From a bacterium (GTDB lineage: Bacteria; Krumholzibacteriota; Krumholzibacteriia; LZORAL124-64-63): 64,000 bases of DNA. Within the stretch, counting starts at the first letter, position 1, and every line of letters starts with the position of its first letter. The stretch is taken from positions 9,996 through 73,995 of the forward strand of contig JAHJTW010000183.1 of the NCBI GenBank assembly GCA_018829565.1, read 5' to 3'. The notes below the pieces were generated by a model that saw nothing but the letters and a program-made list of their open reading frames with translations, did not search any database and was not told the origin of the DNA. A program made the position numbers and the translations under genes. This document shows, one piece after another, positions 1 to 10,658 of the stretch.

Positions 1-645
1 GAACATCCCGTCCACCACTTCGGTTACCTGCAGGATGACCCGGCCAAGGCGGAATTCTACCGGGGGATCGCCCGGACCAAGACCGAGCAGGAACCTCAGA
101 ATCCTCAGGCCTGGTCCGAGCTGGCCGATTGCGCCATCGCCTGCGGGGACCTCGGCGAAGCCGTGGCCGCCATCGACCGGGCCCTGATCATCGAGCCCGT
201 GGATCCGGACCGGCGCCTGACGGCCGGCTGGCTCCTGTTGCAGCAGGGGAAACTGGACCAGGCCGACGCCCAGCTGGCCTCGGTGGCCGGCGGCGGCGGG
301 GCGGACGACCTCCAGCTCGCCGAGGCCTGCCACCTGCGGGCGCAGGTCGCCCTGCGGCAGGACCGCGGCGAGACCGCAGGCCGCCTGCTGGCCGTGGCGC
401 TGCACCTCTTCCCCGACAACGGGCACTACCAGAACACCCTGGGAGTGTGGCACCTGGCCCACGGCCGGGGTGATAAGGCCAGGATGGCCCTCGAGCGGGC
501 GGCCGGACTCTTGCCCGGCTGCGCCGATCCCTGGCTCAACCTGGGCAAGATGTACGAGGCGGCGGGAATGCCCCAGGCCGCCGAGGAACACTTCCTCAGG
601 GCCCGCCGGGAGGATCCCCGCATCCCCGTTCCCGGCTGCGCTTGA
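1..645 (+). CDS. TPR-repeat protein (5' partial; continues upstream of the window)
   Basis: Frame 1 is open from base 1 and in frame with the 163..645 ORF. TPR-like helical repeats (…LGKMYEAAGMPQAAEEHFLRA…). Confidence 0.6.
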   Translation, partial: EHPVHHFGYLQDDPAKAEFYRGIARTKTEQEPQNPQAWSELADCAIACGDLGEAVAAIDRALIIEPVDPDRRLTAGWLLLQQGKLDQADAQLASVAGGGGADDLQLAEACHLRAQVALRQDRGETAGRLLAVALHLFPDNGHYQNTLGVWHLAHGRGDKARMALERAAGLLPGCADPWLNLGKMYEAAGMPQAAEEHFLRARREDPRIPVPGCA

Positions 646-662
646 CAGGTTCCGCATCACTG

Positions 663-697
663 AAAAAGGCGGAATCCCGAGGGGGGTCCCGCCTTTT
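663..697. terminator. Bidirectional intrinsic terminator hairpin between convergent genes
   Basis: AAAAA-GGCGG…CCGCC-TTTT with a GC stem. Lies between the TPR gene stop (645) and the NMO gene stop (719). Confidence 0.5.
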
Positions 698-718
698 CCG
701 TTGTTCTTGCAGGAGTGC

Positions 719-1762
719 TCAGCCGAGCAGGCGCTGGTGGACCTCGGCCACGGCCAGGTCGGCCTCGGTCACGATCTCCTCCAGGATCTCCCGCAGCGGT
801 TGCACCTTGTCCACCAGGCCCACCGATTGTCCCGCCATCAGGGACCCGTGCTCCATGTCGCCGTCCATGGTGGCCTTGCGCAGCGACCCGATCCAGTATT
901 CCTCGACCTTGAACTGGGCCTCCTGCCGCCCGATCTCGCCCTTGCGCAGCCTCTCCAGGAGTTCCAGCTGAAGATCGCCGAAGTGGGTCATGGCGTGGTT
1001 GTTCAACGCCCGGACCGAAACCACCGGCAGCTTCGAACTGTACTGGGGCGTGGAGATGGCCTCGCGCGACCGGGATTTGATGAAGACGTCCTTGAAGTTC
1101 TTGTGGACGTTGCACTCCTCGGCCAGCACGAAGCGCGTGCCCATCTGCGCTCCCGCGGCCCCCATGAGGGTCAGGTGGGCGACCATCTTGCCGGTGCCGA
1201 TGCCGCCGGCGACGAAGATGGGCACCTGGGGGAACTGGAAGAGGATCTCCTGCAGCAGGACCATCGTCGAGACGTGGCCGATGTGGCCTCCGGCTTCGCT
1301 GCCCTCGAGGATCAGGGCGTCGGCGCCGTACTCGATCATGCGCTGGGCGATGCTGCCGGTCGAGGCGAAGCACAGCACCTTGGCGCCGCTGTCCTTGGCC
1401 TTGCGGACCTCCTCGCCCCGCGGGATCGACCCCGCGAAGACGATGTGGCTGACCTTCTTCTCGCAGAGGATGTCCAGGTGCTTCAGGTAGTTCGGAGCGA
1501 TGGTGATGCAGTTGCCGGCGAAGGGCCGGTCCGTGAGCTCCCGGGTCTGGTCGACGTAATCGGCCCACATGTCTGGTTCCATGTTGCCGGCCGCCAGGAC
1601 CCCGAACGCCCCCAGGTTGCCCATCAGCGAGACGAGCTTGGGGTCGCTGACCCAGGTCATGGCCCCGCACATGATCGGCAGTTCGCTGCCGAGAAAATCC
1701 GTGCCCCGCTTCCAGAGTTTCTCCAGGCTCGCGGGCGTGCGGACCGGTTCGTGGGCTGTCAT
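719..1762 (-). CDS. Nitronate monooxygenase / 2-nitropropane dioxygenase family (FabK-like FMN oxidoreductase)
   Basis: NMO-type motif AGGIGTGKMVAHLTLMGAAGAQMGTRF. ATG at 1762 is preceded by AGGAGGAAACC. Extension to the ORF-track start 1888 is unlikely. Confidence 0.8.
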   Translation of the reverse strand: MTAHEPVRTPASLEKLWKRGTDFLGSELPIMCGAMTWVSDPKLVSLMGNLGAFGVLAAGNMEPDMWADYVDQTRELTDRPFAGNCITIAPNYLKHLDILCEKKVSHIVFAGSIPRGEEVRKAKDSGAKVLCFASTGSIAQRMIEYGADALILEGSEAGGHIGHVSTMVLLQEILFQFPQVPIFVAGGIGTGKMVAHLTLMGAAGAQMGTRFVLAEECNVHKNFKDVFIKSRSREAISTPQYSSKLPVVSVRALNNHAMTHFGDLQLELLERLRKGEIGRQEAQFKVEEYWIGSLRKATMDGDMEHGSLMAGQSVGLVDKVQPLREILEEIVTEADLAVAEVHQRLLG

Positions 1763-1972
1763 GGTTTCCTCCTGATGATCCCCTGGGGAAAGTTCGCGTT
1801 CAACGACCCCATGTGATAACAGAAACCGTCCGGATTTGCAACCGGGGCCTGGGCGCTTGATCGATTCCCGGCGATTCCGTACCCTCAAGGTGCCGGGATT
1901 TGGGAGGATCCCGGTTCATGCCGAGCCGCTATTCCTCGCCGATTTCCCGGTTCGCCGAAGGGGGCATCCACC

Positions 1973-4363
1973 ATGCTGCATTTCCGGAAGTTGTCCGGCC
2001 TCGTGTTCCTGCTCGCCATCTGCGCCTGCGCGCCCACCCTCGATCCCGAAACCACCGGGGCCGTTCTCGAAGAACAGGGCGAAGAGGCCGCAGCCACGGC
2101 CGCCGGCTTCGCCGGAATGCTCGACCGCCATCTGGCCCTGCCGGCGGCGGAGCAGGACGCAGCCCGCCGGGAAGCGCGGGAGATCGCCGAGTTCTGGCGG
2201 GAATTCGAGCAGGAGGCGCACGACGTCGAGGACTCCCAGCTGCGCCAGTGGTACTACCGCGACAACGCCATCACCGCGGACCACCGCTGGTTCGGCCTGG
2301 GCAACAGCATCCTCGAGCTGAAGAAGGCCACCGAGCGGGATCCCTCCTTCGCCGAGGGCTGGGGCGCCCTGGGCCGGCTGTGCGCCGAGGCCGGCGACCT
2401 GGTGACGGCCCGGACCTATCTCGACCACGCCCGCACCACCGCCCACGCCCTGGGCCTCCTGGGCCGCCCCGTCGACCGGGACGTCCAGCTGCAGATCTAC
2501 CGCGAGCGGGCCTGGGTGCTGCGCGATCTCGCCCTGTGGGACGAGGGTCTGGAGGCGGTGACCGAGGGTCTGCGGTTCCGCCCCGGCGACCCCGACCTGG
2601 TCCTGGTCAAGGGCCTGCTGCTGGCCGGATCGGGCCGGTACGAGCAGGCCGTCTCCCTGGCGGTGCGGATGGAGCCGGTGGAATACCCGCAGTACGACTT
2701 CATCTATCGCGGCTTCAAGCTTCAGAAGTCCAGCCACGCCAACAACTGGATCCGGGCCGTCGCCCTGCTCGCCATCGGCGACGTCGAGCTGGCCTACGCC
2801 AAGCTGGGCGACCTGTCGGTGTACGCCTACCGGGGTAACATCGCCCACAGCGCCCGCTACTGGAAGGACGCCGGCCTGATCGCCGAGCTGGCGGGCGACG
2901 ACCAGGCGCCCACCTACTACGCCGTCGGTTTCGTGACGCGTCACTACCAGCAGTTCTATCCGGCCGCAGCCAACAACGTGGCGCCCCTGGTCCTGGACCT
3001 TCCCCACCCCGGCATGCCGGTCTACACCAGCTTCGGCAGCCGCTTCTACATCGCCGGTTCGCCCTTCTCGTACGTGGGCCTGCAGATGAACCACCTCGGC
3101 GATGGGCTGTTCCAGGGCCAGAGGAACGAGGCGGCGGGGCGGGCGCTGCAGATGCTCGACCTGCTCGAGCGCCGCAACGTCGCGCCGGCCGTCTGCCGGG
3201 CCTTCCGCGGCCGCATCTACTACGCCCACGACGACTATGGTCCGGCGGAAACCGAACTTTTGGCCGCCCGCCAGGCATTCAAGGCCCGGGACGAGGTCGA
3301 CGCCGGGACCAGCCTGCTGCTGGGCCTGCTCAAGATGCGCAACCAGGATTACCGGCGGGCGGAGACCTACCTCGAGGAATCCCTGGCCGCCGAGGAGAGC
3401 AATCCCGTGGGTTGGCGCTCCCTGGGCGTGGTCTATTCCCGACTCGGCAAGACAGCCCAGGCGGGCCAGGCCATGACCCGCGCCGTGCAGGCCGACCCCT
3501 GGAACGTCTCGGGCCTGTACAACCGGGGGCTCTACAACTACCAGAACGGGCAGCTGGGTCCGGCCATGGCCGACCTGGACCGGGCCCTGCGGATCGATCC
3601 GGAGAACCGCGAGGTCCAGCGGCTGCGCGGGATCGTGACCGGAACCATCGAGGAATCGGGGCGGAGCGTGGCCGAGGTCACCGCGATGACCGAGGGGATC
3701 CCCGAGGAGTACGCCCGGGATCCGGCGGAACTGCTGGCGGAGCTGGAGGCCGAGATCGACGCGTTCTTCACCGTGCCCGATTCCCTGCGCCTGAGCGAAC
3801 CGGAGGCCGAGGAGCGGATCCAGGTCCTGATGAGCCGGTACGTGCAGTTCCGGGACCCCCAGCTGCGCGCCATCCTGGCCATGGCGCTGGTGGACCACGG
3901 GCGCATGGCCGAGGTCCAGCACCTGCTGGGCCCGGGCTGGGGCGTGGACCTGTCCCCCGAGGAGGAACTGATCCTCCTGTACGCCGACCACCAGGTGGGC
4001 GAGCGCGCCCGCGCCGAGCAGGTCATGCGGCAGGTGCTGGCCTCGGGTGACGGCGGGGGCAACCCCTACGCCGTGGCCCTGGCGGCGCGCACCATGCGGA
4101 CCAGCACCGATCCGGAGGCGGCCGACAGGGAACTCGCCCAGAATTCCCGCACCCACGGTTTCTTCTACTGGTGGACCAACGCCAAGACCAACAAGGCAGC
4201 CAGCAGCATGATGCCGAAATTCGTGTACAACAGGTGGCTCTGGCTCCAGTACAAGGACGAACCGATGCTGGAGCAGGCCGTCTGGGGCATGTCCCCGACT
4301 CCCGTCCAGGGACGGTCGAGCAGCGTGGCCACCGAATCTTCGGTGGGGACTGTGGGCAAATGA
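1973..4363 (+). CDS. Large TPR-repeat lipoprotein
   Basis: N-terminal lipoprotein-type signal (LVFLLAICACAP). Multiple TPR-like repeats over about 800 aa. Confidence 0.7.
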   Translation: MLHFRKLSGLVFLLAICACAPTLDPETTGAVLEEQGEEAAATAAGFAGMLDRHLALPAAEQDAARREAREIAEFWREFEQEAHDVEDSQLRQWYYRDNAITADHRWFGLGNSILELKKATERDPSFAEGWGALGRLCAEAGDLVTARTYLDHARTTAHALGLLGRPVDRDVQLQIYRERAWVLRDLALWDEGLEAVTEGLRFRPGDPDLVLVKGLLLAGSGRYEQAVSLAVRMEPVEYPQYDFIYRGFKLQKSSHANNWIRAVALLAIGDVELAYAKLGDLSVYAYRGNIAHSARYWKDAGLIAELAGDDQAPTYYAVGFVTRHYQQFYPAAANNVAPLVLDLPHPGMPVYTSFGSRFYIAGSPFSYVGLQMNHLGDGLFQGQRNEAAGRALQMLDLLERRNVAPAVCRAFRGRIYYAHDDYGPAETELLAARQAFKARDEVDAGTSLLLGLLKMRNQDYRRAETYLEESLAAEESNPVGWRSLGVVYSRLGKTAQAGQAMTRAVQADPWNVSGLYNRGLYNYQNGQLGPAMADLDRALRIDPENREVQRLRGIVTGTIEESGRSVAEVTAMTEGIPEEYARDPAELLAELEAEIDAFFTVPDSLRLSEPEAEERIQVLMSRYVQFRDPQLRAILAMALVDHGRMAEVQHLLGPGWGVDLSPEEELILLYADHQVGERARAEQVMRQVLASGDGGGNPYAVALAARTMRTSTDPEAADRELAQNSRTHGFFYWWTNAKTNKAASSMMPKFVYNRWLWLQYKDEPMLEQAVWGMSPTPVQGRSSSVATESSVGTVGK

Positions 4364-4375
4364 ACCGGAGCGGGG

Positions 4376-6387
4376 TCAGGCCAGGTTCTCGAGCAGCACC
4401 TCGGCGATGTCCCGGGCCCTGAGCTGGTCGCTGCGGTCGGTCTCCTTGATGGCGTCCGAAAGCATGGTCAGGCAGAAGGGGCAGGCGGTGCAGACCTCCT
4501 CGGCCCCGGTCTCGGCCGCCTCGGCGATCCGGTTGTGGTTGATGCGGGTGCCCAGGTCCTCCTCCATGAACATGCGGCCGCCCCCGGCGCCGCAGCAGAA
4601 ACCCTCGCGGCGGTTGCGGGGCATCTCGACCTGCTCCAGCCCCTGGACCTTGGCCAGGACCTCCCGGGGCGCATCGTAGATGCCGTTGTGCCGACCGAGG
4701 TAGCAGGAGTCGTGGTAGGTGACCTTGGCGGCCGCCCCGGGCTTCAGCTGGAGCTTGCCGTCTTCGACCAGTTCCAGCAGGATCTCGCTGTGGTGGACCA
4801 CCTCGACGTCCTGCAAGCCGAATTCCGGGTACTCGTTGGCGATGGCGTTGAAGCAGTGGGGGCAGGCGGTGACCACCTTCTTCACCTGGTACTTCTGGAA
4901 GGTCGTGATGTTGGCCGGGGCCTGCATCTGGAACAGGTACTCGTTGCCGACGCGCCGCGTCGGATCGCCGCAGCACCCCTCCTCCTTCCCCAGCACCGCA
5001 TAGTCCACGCCGGCCTTGTTGAAGAGCGTGCAGACCGCCTTCAGAACTTCGCTGTTGCGGCTGTCGAAGCTGCCCGCGCAGCCGACGAAGAGGAGGTACT
5101 CCGCCGAGCCCTTGTCCCGCATGCGCGGCACCTCGAGATCCCCGATCCAGTCCTCGCGGGCGGCGGAGCTGGCGTTCCAGGGATTGCTGTTGTTCTCCAG
5201 GCCCTTGAGCGCGTTCTGGAGCGCCGACGGGACCTTGGCCTCCATCATCGTCAGGTGGCGGCGCTGGTCGATGATGTTGGGGATGTGGTCGATCATGACC
5301 GGGCAACTGCTGACGCACCAGCCGCAGGTCGTGCAGGCCCAGATGGCATCCTCCTCGTTCACCGAGCCGATCAGGGGAGGGCGCTCCTGGGCCGCGATCA
5401 GGGCGGCGGCCTCCTGGTCCCTGCCCTGGGCCTTGAGCTTGCCCACCTTCACCAGGTGGTCGCTCATGGCGTAGGCCTGATCCCGCTCGTTGACGATGAT
5501 CTCGCGGGGGCTCAGGGGCTTGCCCGTCACGTGGGTCGGGCACATGTCGTTGCAGCGGCCGCACTCGGTGCAGGTGTACATGTCCAGGAACCGGCGCCAG
5601 CTGAAGTCCTCCAGCTTGCCCACCCCGAAGGTCTCGCGGCCCTCGAACTCCATCTTCTCGAGGGCGGCGGTGGGGGTCAACCGGGCCAGGTAGACCGCCG
5701 GCAGGGCCGTCAGGACGTGGAAGTGCTTGCCGAAGGGCAGCACGTTCAGGAAGGCCAGCACCAGGCTCACGTGGGCCCAGTACATGGTGTTGAACCAGGT
5801 CCGGGCCGTCTGCTCGGACGTCCCGGCGAAGGCGCCGCTCAGCAGGGTGGACATCCAGGCCGCCCCGCGTTCGGACGCGTCCGGCTCCAGCCTGAACATG
5901 GCGGCGTCCCCCAGCAGGTCCGTGGCCATCAGCGACCCGATCCAGGTCAGGATCAGCAGGGCCTCGCCGCTCAGGTGCAGACGGGAGGGCCGCACCACGA
6001 CCCGCCGGTAGATGGCGAACAGGACGGCCAGGAGGACGATGACCGCGAAGGTGTCCTTCAGGAAGATGTAGATCAGGCCCAGGGGCCCACCCAGCAGGGG
6101 CAGATGGAAGTCGGCGGTGAAGCCCCTCCCGATCAACGTCACCGTCCGGATGGCGGCGACCAGGAACCCGGCGAAGATCGCCGCGTGCATCCAGCCCGCC
6201 GCCTTCTCCTGGAGGAGGCGCTTCTGCCCGAACCCAATGATCAGCAGGTTTTTGAGGCGCCGGCCGGGATGGTCCAGGCGCTTGTCCGGTTCTCCGGACC
6301 GCAGGATCCAGTAGCGGTCGGCGATGGTGCCCGCGAACATCGCCAGGGCCAGGAACAGCAGGATGGTCATTGCCGCCGGGTTCACGC
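4376..6387 (-). CDS. Membrane-bound Fe-S oxidoreductase, HdrD/DsrK-like (two 4Fe-4S motifs plus two CCG domains) fused to an N-terminal NarI/cytochrome-b-like membrane domain
   Basis: CTECGRCNDMCP and CTTCGWCVSSCP ferredoxin motifs. CCG motifs EGCCGDP and EGFCCGAGGG. N-terminal polytopic region with His residues. Start is uncertain: GTG at 6387, with ATG at 6372 as alternative. Confidence 0.75.
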
Positions 6388-6429
6388 TTTCCCCTTCCTG
6401 ATCACGGCCCGCCGGTGAGGGCGGGATTA

Positions 6430-6447
6430 ATGAATGGCCATTCATTT
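6430..6447. promoter_or_regulatory. Perfect 18-bp palindrome AATGAATGGCCATTCATT in a divergent intergenic region (candidate operator)
   Basis: Seen directly. AT-rich dyad in a 70% GC background, about 45 bp upstream of the Fe-S oxidoreductase start. Confidence 0.45.
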
Positions 6448-6525
6448 ATGATAGACCATGCCTCCCCGCCCGTGAAGGAAAAATCCGGCATGGATGCTCA
6501 CCCCGGCGCCCTGCCCCGGGGAATG

Positions 6526-6554
6526 TTGACCATACGGCCGGGTTGCCTTATTTT
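6526..6554 (+). promoter_or_regulatory. Candidate sigma70 promoter (TTGACC-17-TATTTT) for the CoA-binding gene
   Basis: Hexamer spacing only; not validated. Confidence 0.25.
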
Positions 6555-6649
6555 CGGACACTTCCAGGGGGAAGGACGAACGGCCGCCCCCGCGACCTCC
6601 ATGCCTGCCGGCGGCGGTGCGCCGCCCCATCGCGAAAGAACGGAATGCC

Positions 6650-7084
6650 ATGAGCGAGAACCGAGGCGTCCTGGATCCTGCCGACGACCGGGTCAGGGAG
6701 ATCCTTTCCACCATGAAACGGATCGCCGTGGTGGGCATCTCCGAGAAGGAGGACCGCGCCAGCCACGGGATCGCCCGGTTCCTGGTGGGCCGCGGCCTGG
6801 AGATCGTCGGGGTCAATCCCACCCTCGCCGGGCCGGTTCTCGGGGCCCCGGTGTTCCCCTCCCTGGCGGACGTGCCGGGACACCTGGACGTGGTCGACGT
6901 CTTCCGGCGCAGCGACGCCGTGCCCGGGATCGTCGACGAGGCCATCGCCGCGGACGTGGACGTGATCTGGCTCCAGGAAGGGGTCGTCCACGAGGAGGCC
7001 GCGGCCAGGGCCGTCGCCGCCGGCATCGACGTCATCATGGACCGCTGCCTGTACAAGGAGTGGCTGCGGTTGATGAACGGATGA
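6650..7084 (+). CDS. CoA-binding domain protein (YccU-like)
   Basis: KRIAVVGIS…IWLQEG CoA-binding fold pattern. ATG at 6650 is preferred over 6617. Confidence 0.7.
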   Translation: MSENRGVLDPADDRVREILSTMKRIAVVGISEKEDRASHGIARFLVGRGLEIVGVNPTLAGPVLGAPVFPSLADVPGHLDVVDVFRRSDAVPGIVDEAIAADVDVIWLQEGVVHEEAAARAVAAGIDVIMDRCLYKEWLRLMNG

Positions 7085-7088
7085 TGCG

Positions 7089-8141
7089 GTGATCACCCCC
7101 GCCTCCTGGACCGACCGCCCCTGCAGCCTGGTCACCGGCGCCCTGGGCTTCGTCGGCCTGCACCTGGTGCGCCAGTTGCTGCTGGCCGGCCAGGTCGTCG
7201 TGGGCCTCGGCAAGCACGAGGCCGGGGCGGCTCTGCCCCGCCGCTGCGGAGGGTTCACCCTCGCCGGCGAGGAGTCCGCCCTGCCCGGGGCGGTCCGGTA
7301 CGAGGGTCCGGCCGGGTGGTTCGGCTACCTTCCCCTGGATCTGGCCGATCCCGGGCCGATCGACGATCTTGTGCAAGGGCTCCGCCCGGCCATGGTCTAT
7401 CACCTGGCGGCCCAGAGTTCCGCCGCGGCCTCCTTCGGCGATCCCCGGGGGACCTTCACAGCCAACGTCCAGGGCACGGTGAGCCTGCTCGAGGCCGTGC
7501 GCCGGACCCCCCTGGCGGAGCGTCCCGTCGTCCTCTCGGTGGGATCCTGCGAGGAGTACGGTCCGCAACCCGGGTCGTCCTATCCCCTGCGGGAGGACGC
7601 CCCCCTGAACCCGCTGTCCCCCTACGGGGTCAGCAAGGCGGCCCAGACCCTGCTCTGCCGGCAGTACGTGCGGTCCTACGACCTTCCGGTCATCCCGGTG
7701 CGGTCGTTCAACCACACCGGCCCGGGCCAGGACACCCGGTTCGCCTTCCCCAGCTTCGCCAGGCAGATCGCCGCGGCGGAGGCGGGGGCCGGGCCCCGGG
7801 AGATCCGTGTGGGCAACCTGGAAGCGGTCCGGGATTTCCTGGACGTGCGCGACGTCGCCGCCGCCTACAGGATGCTGATCAAGGACGGCAACCCCGGCGA
7901 GATCTATCACGTGAGTTCGGGGATCCCCCTGAGGATCCGCGAAGGTCTGGACATCCTGGTCGATCTGGCCCGCTGTCCGGTGAGCGTCATCGCCGACCCG
8001 GACCGCCAGCGGCCTTCCGATACGCCCATCATGGTGGGCGACAGTTCCAAAATGCGCGAAATCACCGGCTGGGCTCCCGAGTGGGACGTCCGGCGCACCT
8101 TGTCCAGCATGCTGGATGAAGCCCGAAAGGAATTCACATGA
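7089..8141 (+). CDS. NAD-dependent epimerase/dehydratase (extended SDR; GDP-sugar dehydratase/reductase-like)
   Basis: TGALGFVG Rossmann motif and YGVSKAAQ (YxxxK). GTG start at 7089. The 3' end overlaps the next gene by 4 nt. Confidence 0.8.
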   Translation: MITPASWTDRPCSLVTGALGFVGLHLVRQLLLAGQVVVGLGKHEAGAALPRRCGGFTLAGEESALPGAVRYEGPAGWFGYLPLDLADPGPIDDLVQGLRPAMVYHLAAQSSAAASFGDPRGTFTANVQGTVSLLEAVRRTPLAERPVVLSVGSCEEYGPQPGSSYPLREDAPLNPLSPYGVSKAAQTLLCRQYVRSYDLPVIPVRSFNHTGPGQDTRFAFPSFARQIAAAEAGAGPREIRVGNLEAVRDFLDVRDVAAAYRMLIKDGNPGEIYHVSSGIPLRIREGLDILVDLARCPVSVIADPDRQRPSDTPIMVGDSSKMREITGWAPEWDVRRTLSSMLDEARKEFT

Positions 8142-9460
8142 TCCGCATCTGCATGGTCGGGACCGGGTACGTGGGTCTGGTGTCCGGCGCCTGCATGGCC
8201 GATTTCGGCCACCGCGTCACCTGCGTGGACATCAACCAGGAACGCATCGACTCCCTCGTGAGGGGGGGCATCCCCTTCTACGAACCGGGACTCGACCGTC
8301 TGGTCCTGAAGAACGTCGAGGAGGAGAGGCTGTTCTTCACCACCAGCCTGGCCGAAGGCATCCACCAGGCCGACGTGGTCTTCATCGCCGTACAGACGCC
8401 CATGTCCAAGACCGGGGAGGCCGACCTGCAGTTCGTGATGAAGGTCGGCGAGGAGATCGGCGCCCTGCTCGACGACTACAAGGTCATCGTCACCAAGAGC
8501 ACCGTCCCGGTGGGCACCAACCGCAAGCTGAAGCAGGTCATCCAGTCGAAGCTCAAGAAGCCCGTGGACTTCGACATGGCCAGCAACCCCGAGTTCCTGC
8601 GCGAGGGATCCAGCATCGAGGACTTCATGAGGCCCGACCGCGTCGTGATCGGCGTGGAGACGCCCCGCAGCGAGGAGCTCATGCGCGAGATCTACCGGCC
8701 CCTCTACCTGCTGGACACCCCCATGGTCCGGACCGGCATCGAGACGGCCGAGCTGGTCAAGTACGCCTCGAACAGCTTCCTGGCCGTGAAGATCTCCTTC
8801 ATCAACGAGATCGCCCGGCTGGCCGAAGCGGTCGGCGCCGACGTCTCCGACGTGGCCAAGGCCATGGGCCTGGACAAGCGCATCGGGTCCAAGTTCCTCC
8901 ACGCCGGCCTCGGCTTCGGGGGCAGCTGCCTGCCCAAGGACACCAACGCCATCGTCCACATCGCCCAGGAGGCGGGGACGGAGATGCGGACGGTGAAGGC
9001 CGCCATCGGCGTCAACGAGGCGCTGCCGGAGCGGGCCCTGGCCAAGGCCGAGCGCCTGACCGGCGGCCTCGAGGGCAAGACCGTCGGCCTGCTGGGCCTG
9101 GCCTTCAAGCCCAACACGGACGACATCCGGTCGGCCGCCAGCATCCCCCTGGTGGACGGCCTGCTGGCCCGGGGCTGCCGCATCCAGGCCCACGATCCCG
9201 CCGCCGTGCCCAACTTCAAGCAGTTCTATCCCGACCTCGAATACTGCAAGTCCCCCTACCACGCCTGCCAGGATGCGGACATCGCCATCCTGGTCACGGA
9301 GTGGAACCAGTACCGCCAGCTCGACCTGGGCAACCTGCGGGAGATCATGGCAGGAAACGCTTTCCTGGATTGCCGGAATGTGTATGATCGTCCGCACCTG
9401 GAAAAATACGGTTTCCTGTACGATTGTTTCGGCCGCGCCGCCCACACTTCGGACGTTTGA
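8138..9460 (+). CDS. Nucleotide-sugar 6-dehydrogenase (UDP-glucose / UDP-GlcNAc dehydrogenase family)
   Basis: N-terminal GTGYVGL NAD motif and catalytic-Cys motif GFGGSCLPKD. Length 440 aa. Confidence 0.85.
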   Translation: MIRICMVGTGYVGLVSGACMADFGHRVTCVDINQERIDSLVRGGIPFYEPGLDRLVLKNVEEERLFFTTSLAEGIHQADVVFIAVQTPMSKTGEADLQFVMKVGEEIGALLDDYKVIVTKSTVPVGTNRKLKQVIQSKLKKPVDFDMASNPEFLREGSSIEDFMRPDRVVIGVETPRSEELMREIYRPLYLLDTPMVRTGIETAELVKYASNSFLAVKISFINEIARLAEAVGADVSDVAKAMGLDKRIGSKFLHAGLGFGGSCLPKDTNAIVHIAQEAGTEMRTVKAAIGVNEALPERALAKAERLTGGLEGKTVGLLGLAFKPNTDDIRSAASIPLVDGLLARGCRIQAHDPAAVPNFKQFYPDLEYCKSPYHACQDADIAILVTEWNQYRQLDLGNLREIMAGNAFLDCRNVYDRPHLEKYGFLYDCFGRAAHTSDV

Positions 9461-9505
9461 TGGAGACCGGCCGGGTCCTGCGGGTCCCGGCGGTGAAAGG
9501 GTTCC

Positions 9506-10648
9506 ATGAAGCCAGAGACAAACAAGCGCATCGGCCGTTACGACCTCGTCACGCCCTTGCTGCCCTGCAAGGATCTCATCCTTGCCAAGTTCGAGAAGCT
9601 GCTGATGTCGGGGCAATTCATCCTGGGCGAGGAGGTCCGCCTGCTCGAGGAGGAACTGGCCGCCGAAAGCGAGGTGGCCGACGCCGTCGGCGTGGCCTCC
9701 GGATCGAGCGCGCTGTTCGTGGCCCTCTCGGTGGCCGGGGTGCGCCCCGGCGACGAGGTGATCACCACGCCGTACACCTTCGACGCCACCATCGAGGCCA
9801 TCGTGCTCCTGGGCGCGGTGCCGGTCCTGGTGGACATCCATCCGCACGACCTGAACATCGATCCCGCCCGGATCGAGGATGCGGTCACCGAGAAGACCCG
9901 GGCCATCCTGCCCGTGCCCATCTTCGGGGCGCCCTGCGACATGGACCCCATCCTGGACATCGGCCGGCGCTTCGGCCTTCAGGTCGTCACGGACATGGCC
10001 CAGGCCTGGGGCACCCTCTACAACGGCCGGCCCATCGGCTCCTTCGGACGGATGAGCACCCTCAGCTTCTACCCCACCAAGAACCTGCCCGGCATCGGGG
10101 ACGGGGGCATGGTGTTCTGCCGCGACCAGGAGGACGCCGAGCGGATCCGGCGCATCCGGGGCCACCAGGCCGTCCGGATGAACGGGCACCTCTACACCGG
10201 CTGGAACAGCCGGCTGGACGAGGTTCAGGCCATGGTGATCCGGATCCGTCACGCGCGCCTGGCCGAGGAGCAGCGGGACCGCGACCAGGTCGCCGCCATC
10301 TACGACAGCTACATCCCCCCCACCAACCGCCTGCGCACGCCCAACGGCGGTCAGGGGATGAAGGTCACCTACCACCAGTACTGGGTGCGCAGCGGCGATC
10401 GCGACGGACTGCGCCGGCTGCTGGACTCCCACGGGATCGACACCGGGGTCTACTACGATCCCCCCTTGAACCACCACGAGCTCGTGGAATACTGTCGGGT
10501 GCAGGGACGTCTCGCCGAGGCCGAGAGGGCCGGAGCCGAGGTGCTGACCCTGCCCATCCACGCGGCCCTGCCGTTCGCGGACGCCCACCGCATCGGGGCG
10601 CTGGTCGGGGAATTCCTCGCCGGCTCCGTTGCGTCCACTCCAGCCTGA
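9506..10648 (+). CDS. DegT/DnrJ/EryC1/StrS-family PLP-dependent sugar aminotransferase
   Basis: SFYPTKNL lysine motif and the characteristic fold-type I aminotransferase pattern. Confidence 0.85.
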   Translation: MKPETNKRIGRYDLVTPLLPCKDLILAKFEKLLMSGQFILGEEVRLLEEELAAESEVADAVGVASGSSALFVALSVAGVRPGDEVITTPYTFDATIEAIVLLGAVPVLVDIHPHDLNIDPARIEDAVTEKTRAILPVPIFGAPCDMDPILDIGRRFGLQVVTDMAQAWGTLYNGRPIGSFGRMSTLSFYPTKNLPGIGDGGMVFCRDQEDAERIRRIRGHQAVRMNGHLYTGWNSRLDEVQAMVIRIRHARLAEEQRDRDQVAAIYDSYIPPTNRLRTPNGGQGMKVTYHQYWVRSGDRDGLRRLLDSHGIDTGVYYDPPLNHHELVEYCRVQGRLAEAERAGAEVLTLPIHAALPFADAHRIGALVGEFLAGSVASTPA

Positions 10649-10658
10649 GGTGATTGGA

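Noticed and set aside
1916-4156. 746-aa minus-strand ORF and the overlapping plus-strand 1900..2838 ORF
   Set aside because: Both overlap the TPR lipoprotein gene, which has a credible signal peptide and repeats. Their translations are low-complexity.
4023-6418. Opposite-strand and alternate-frame ORFs across the HdrD-like gene (4023..5564 minus, 4535..6418 plus)
   Set aside because: The HdrD-like frame carries canonical 4Fe-4S and CCG motifs. The others lack motifs.
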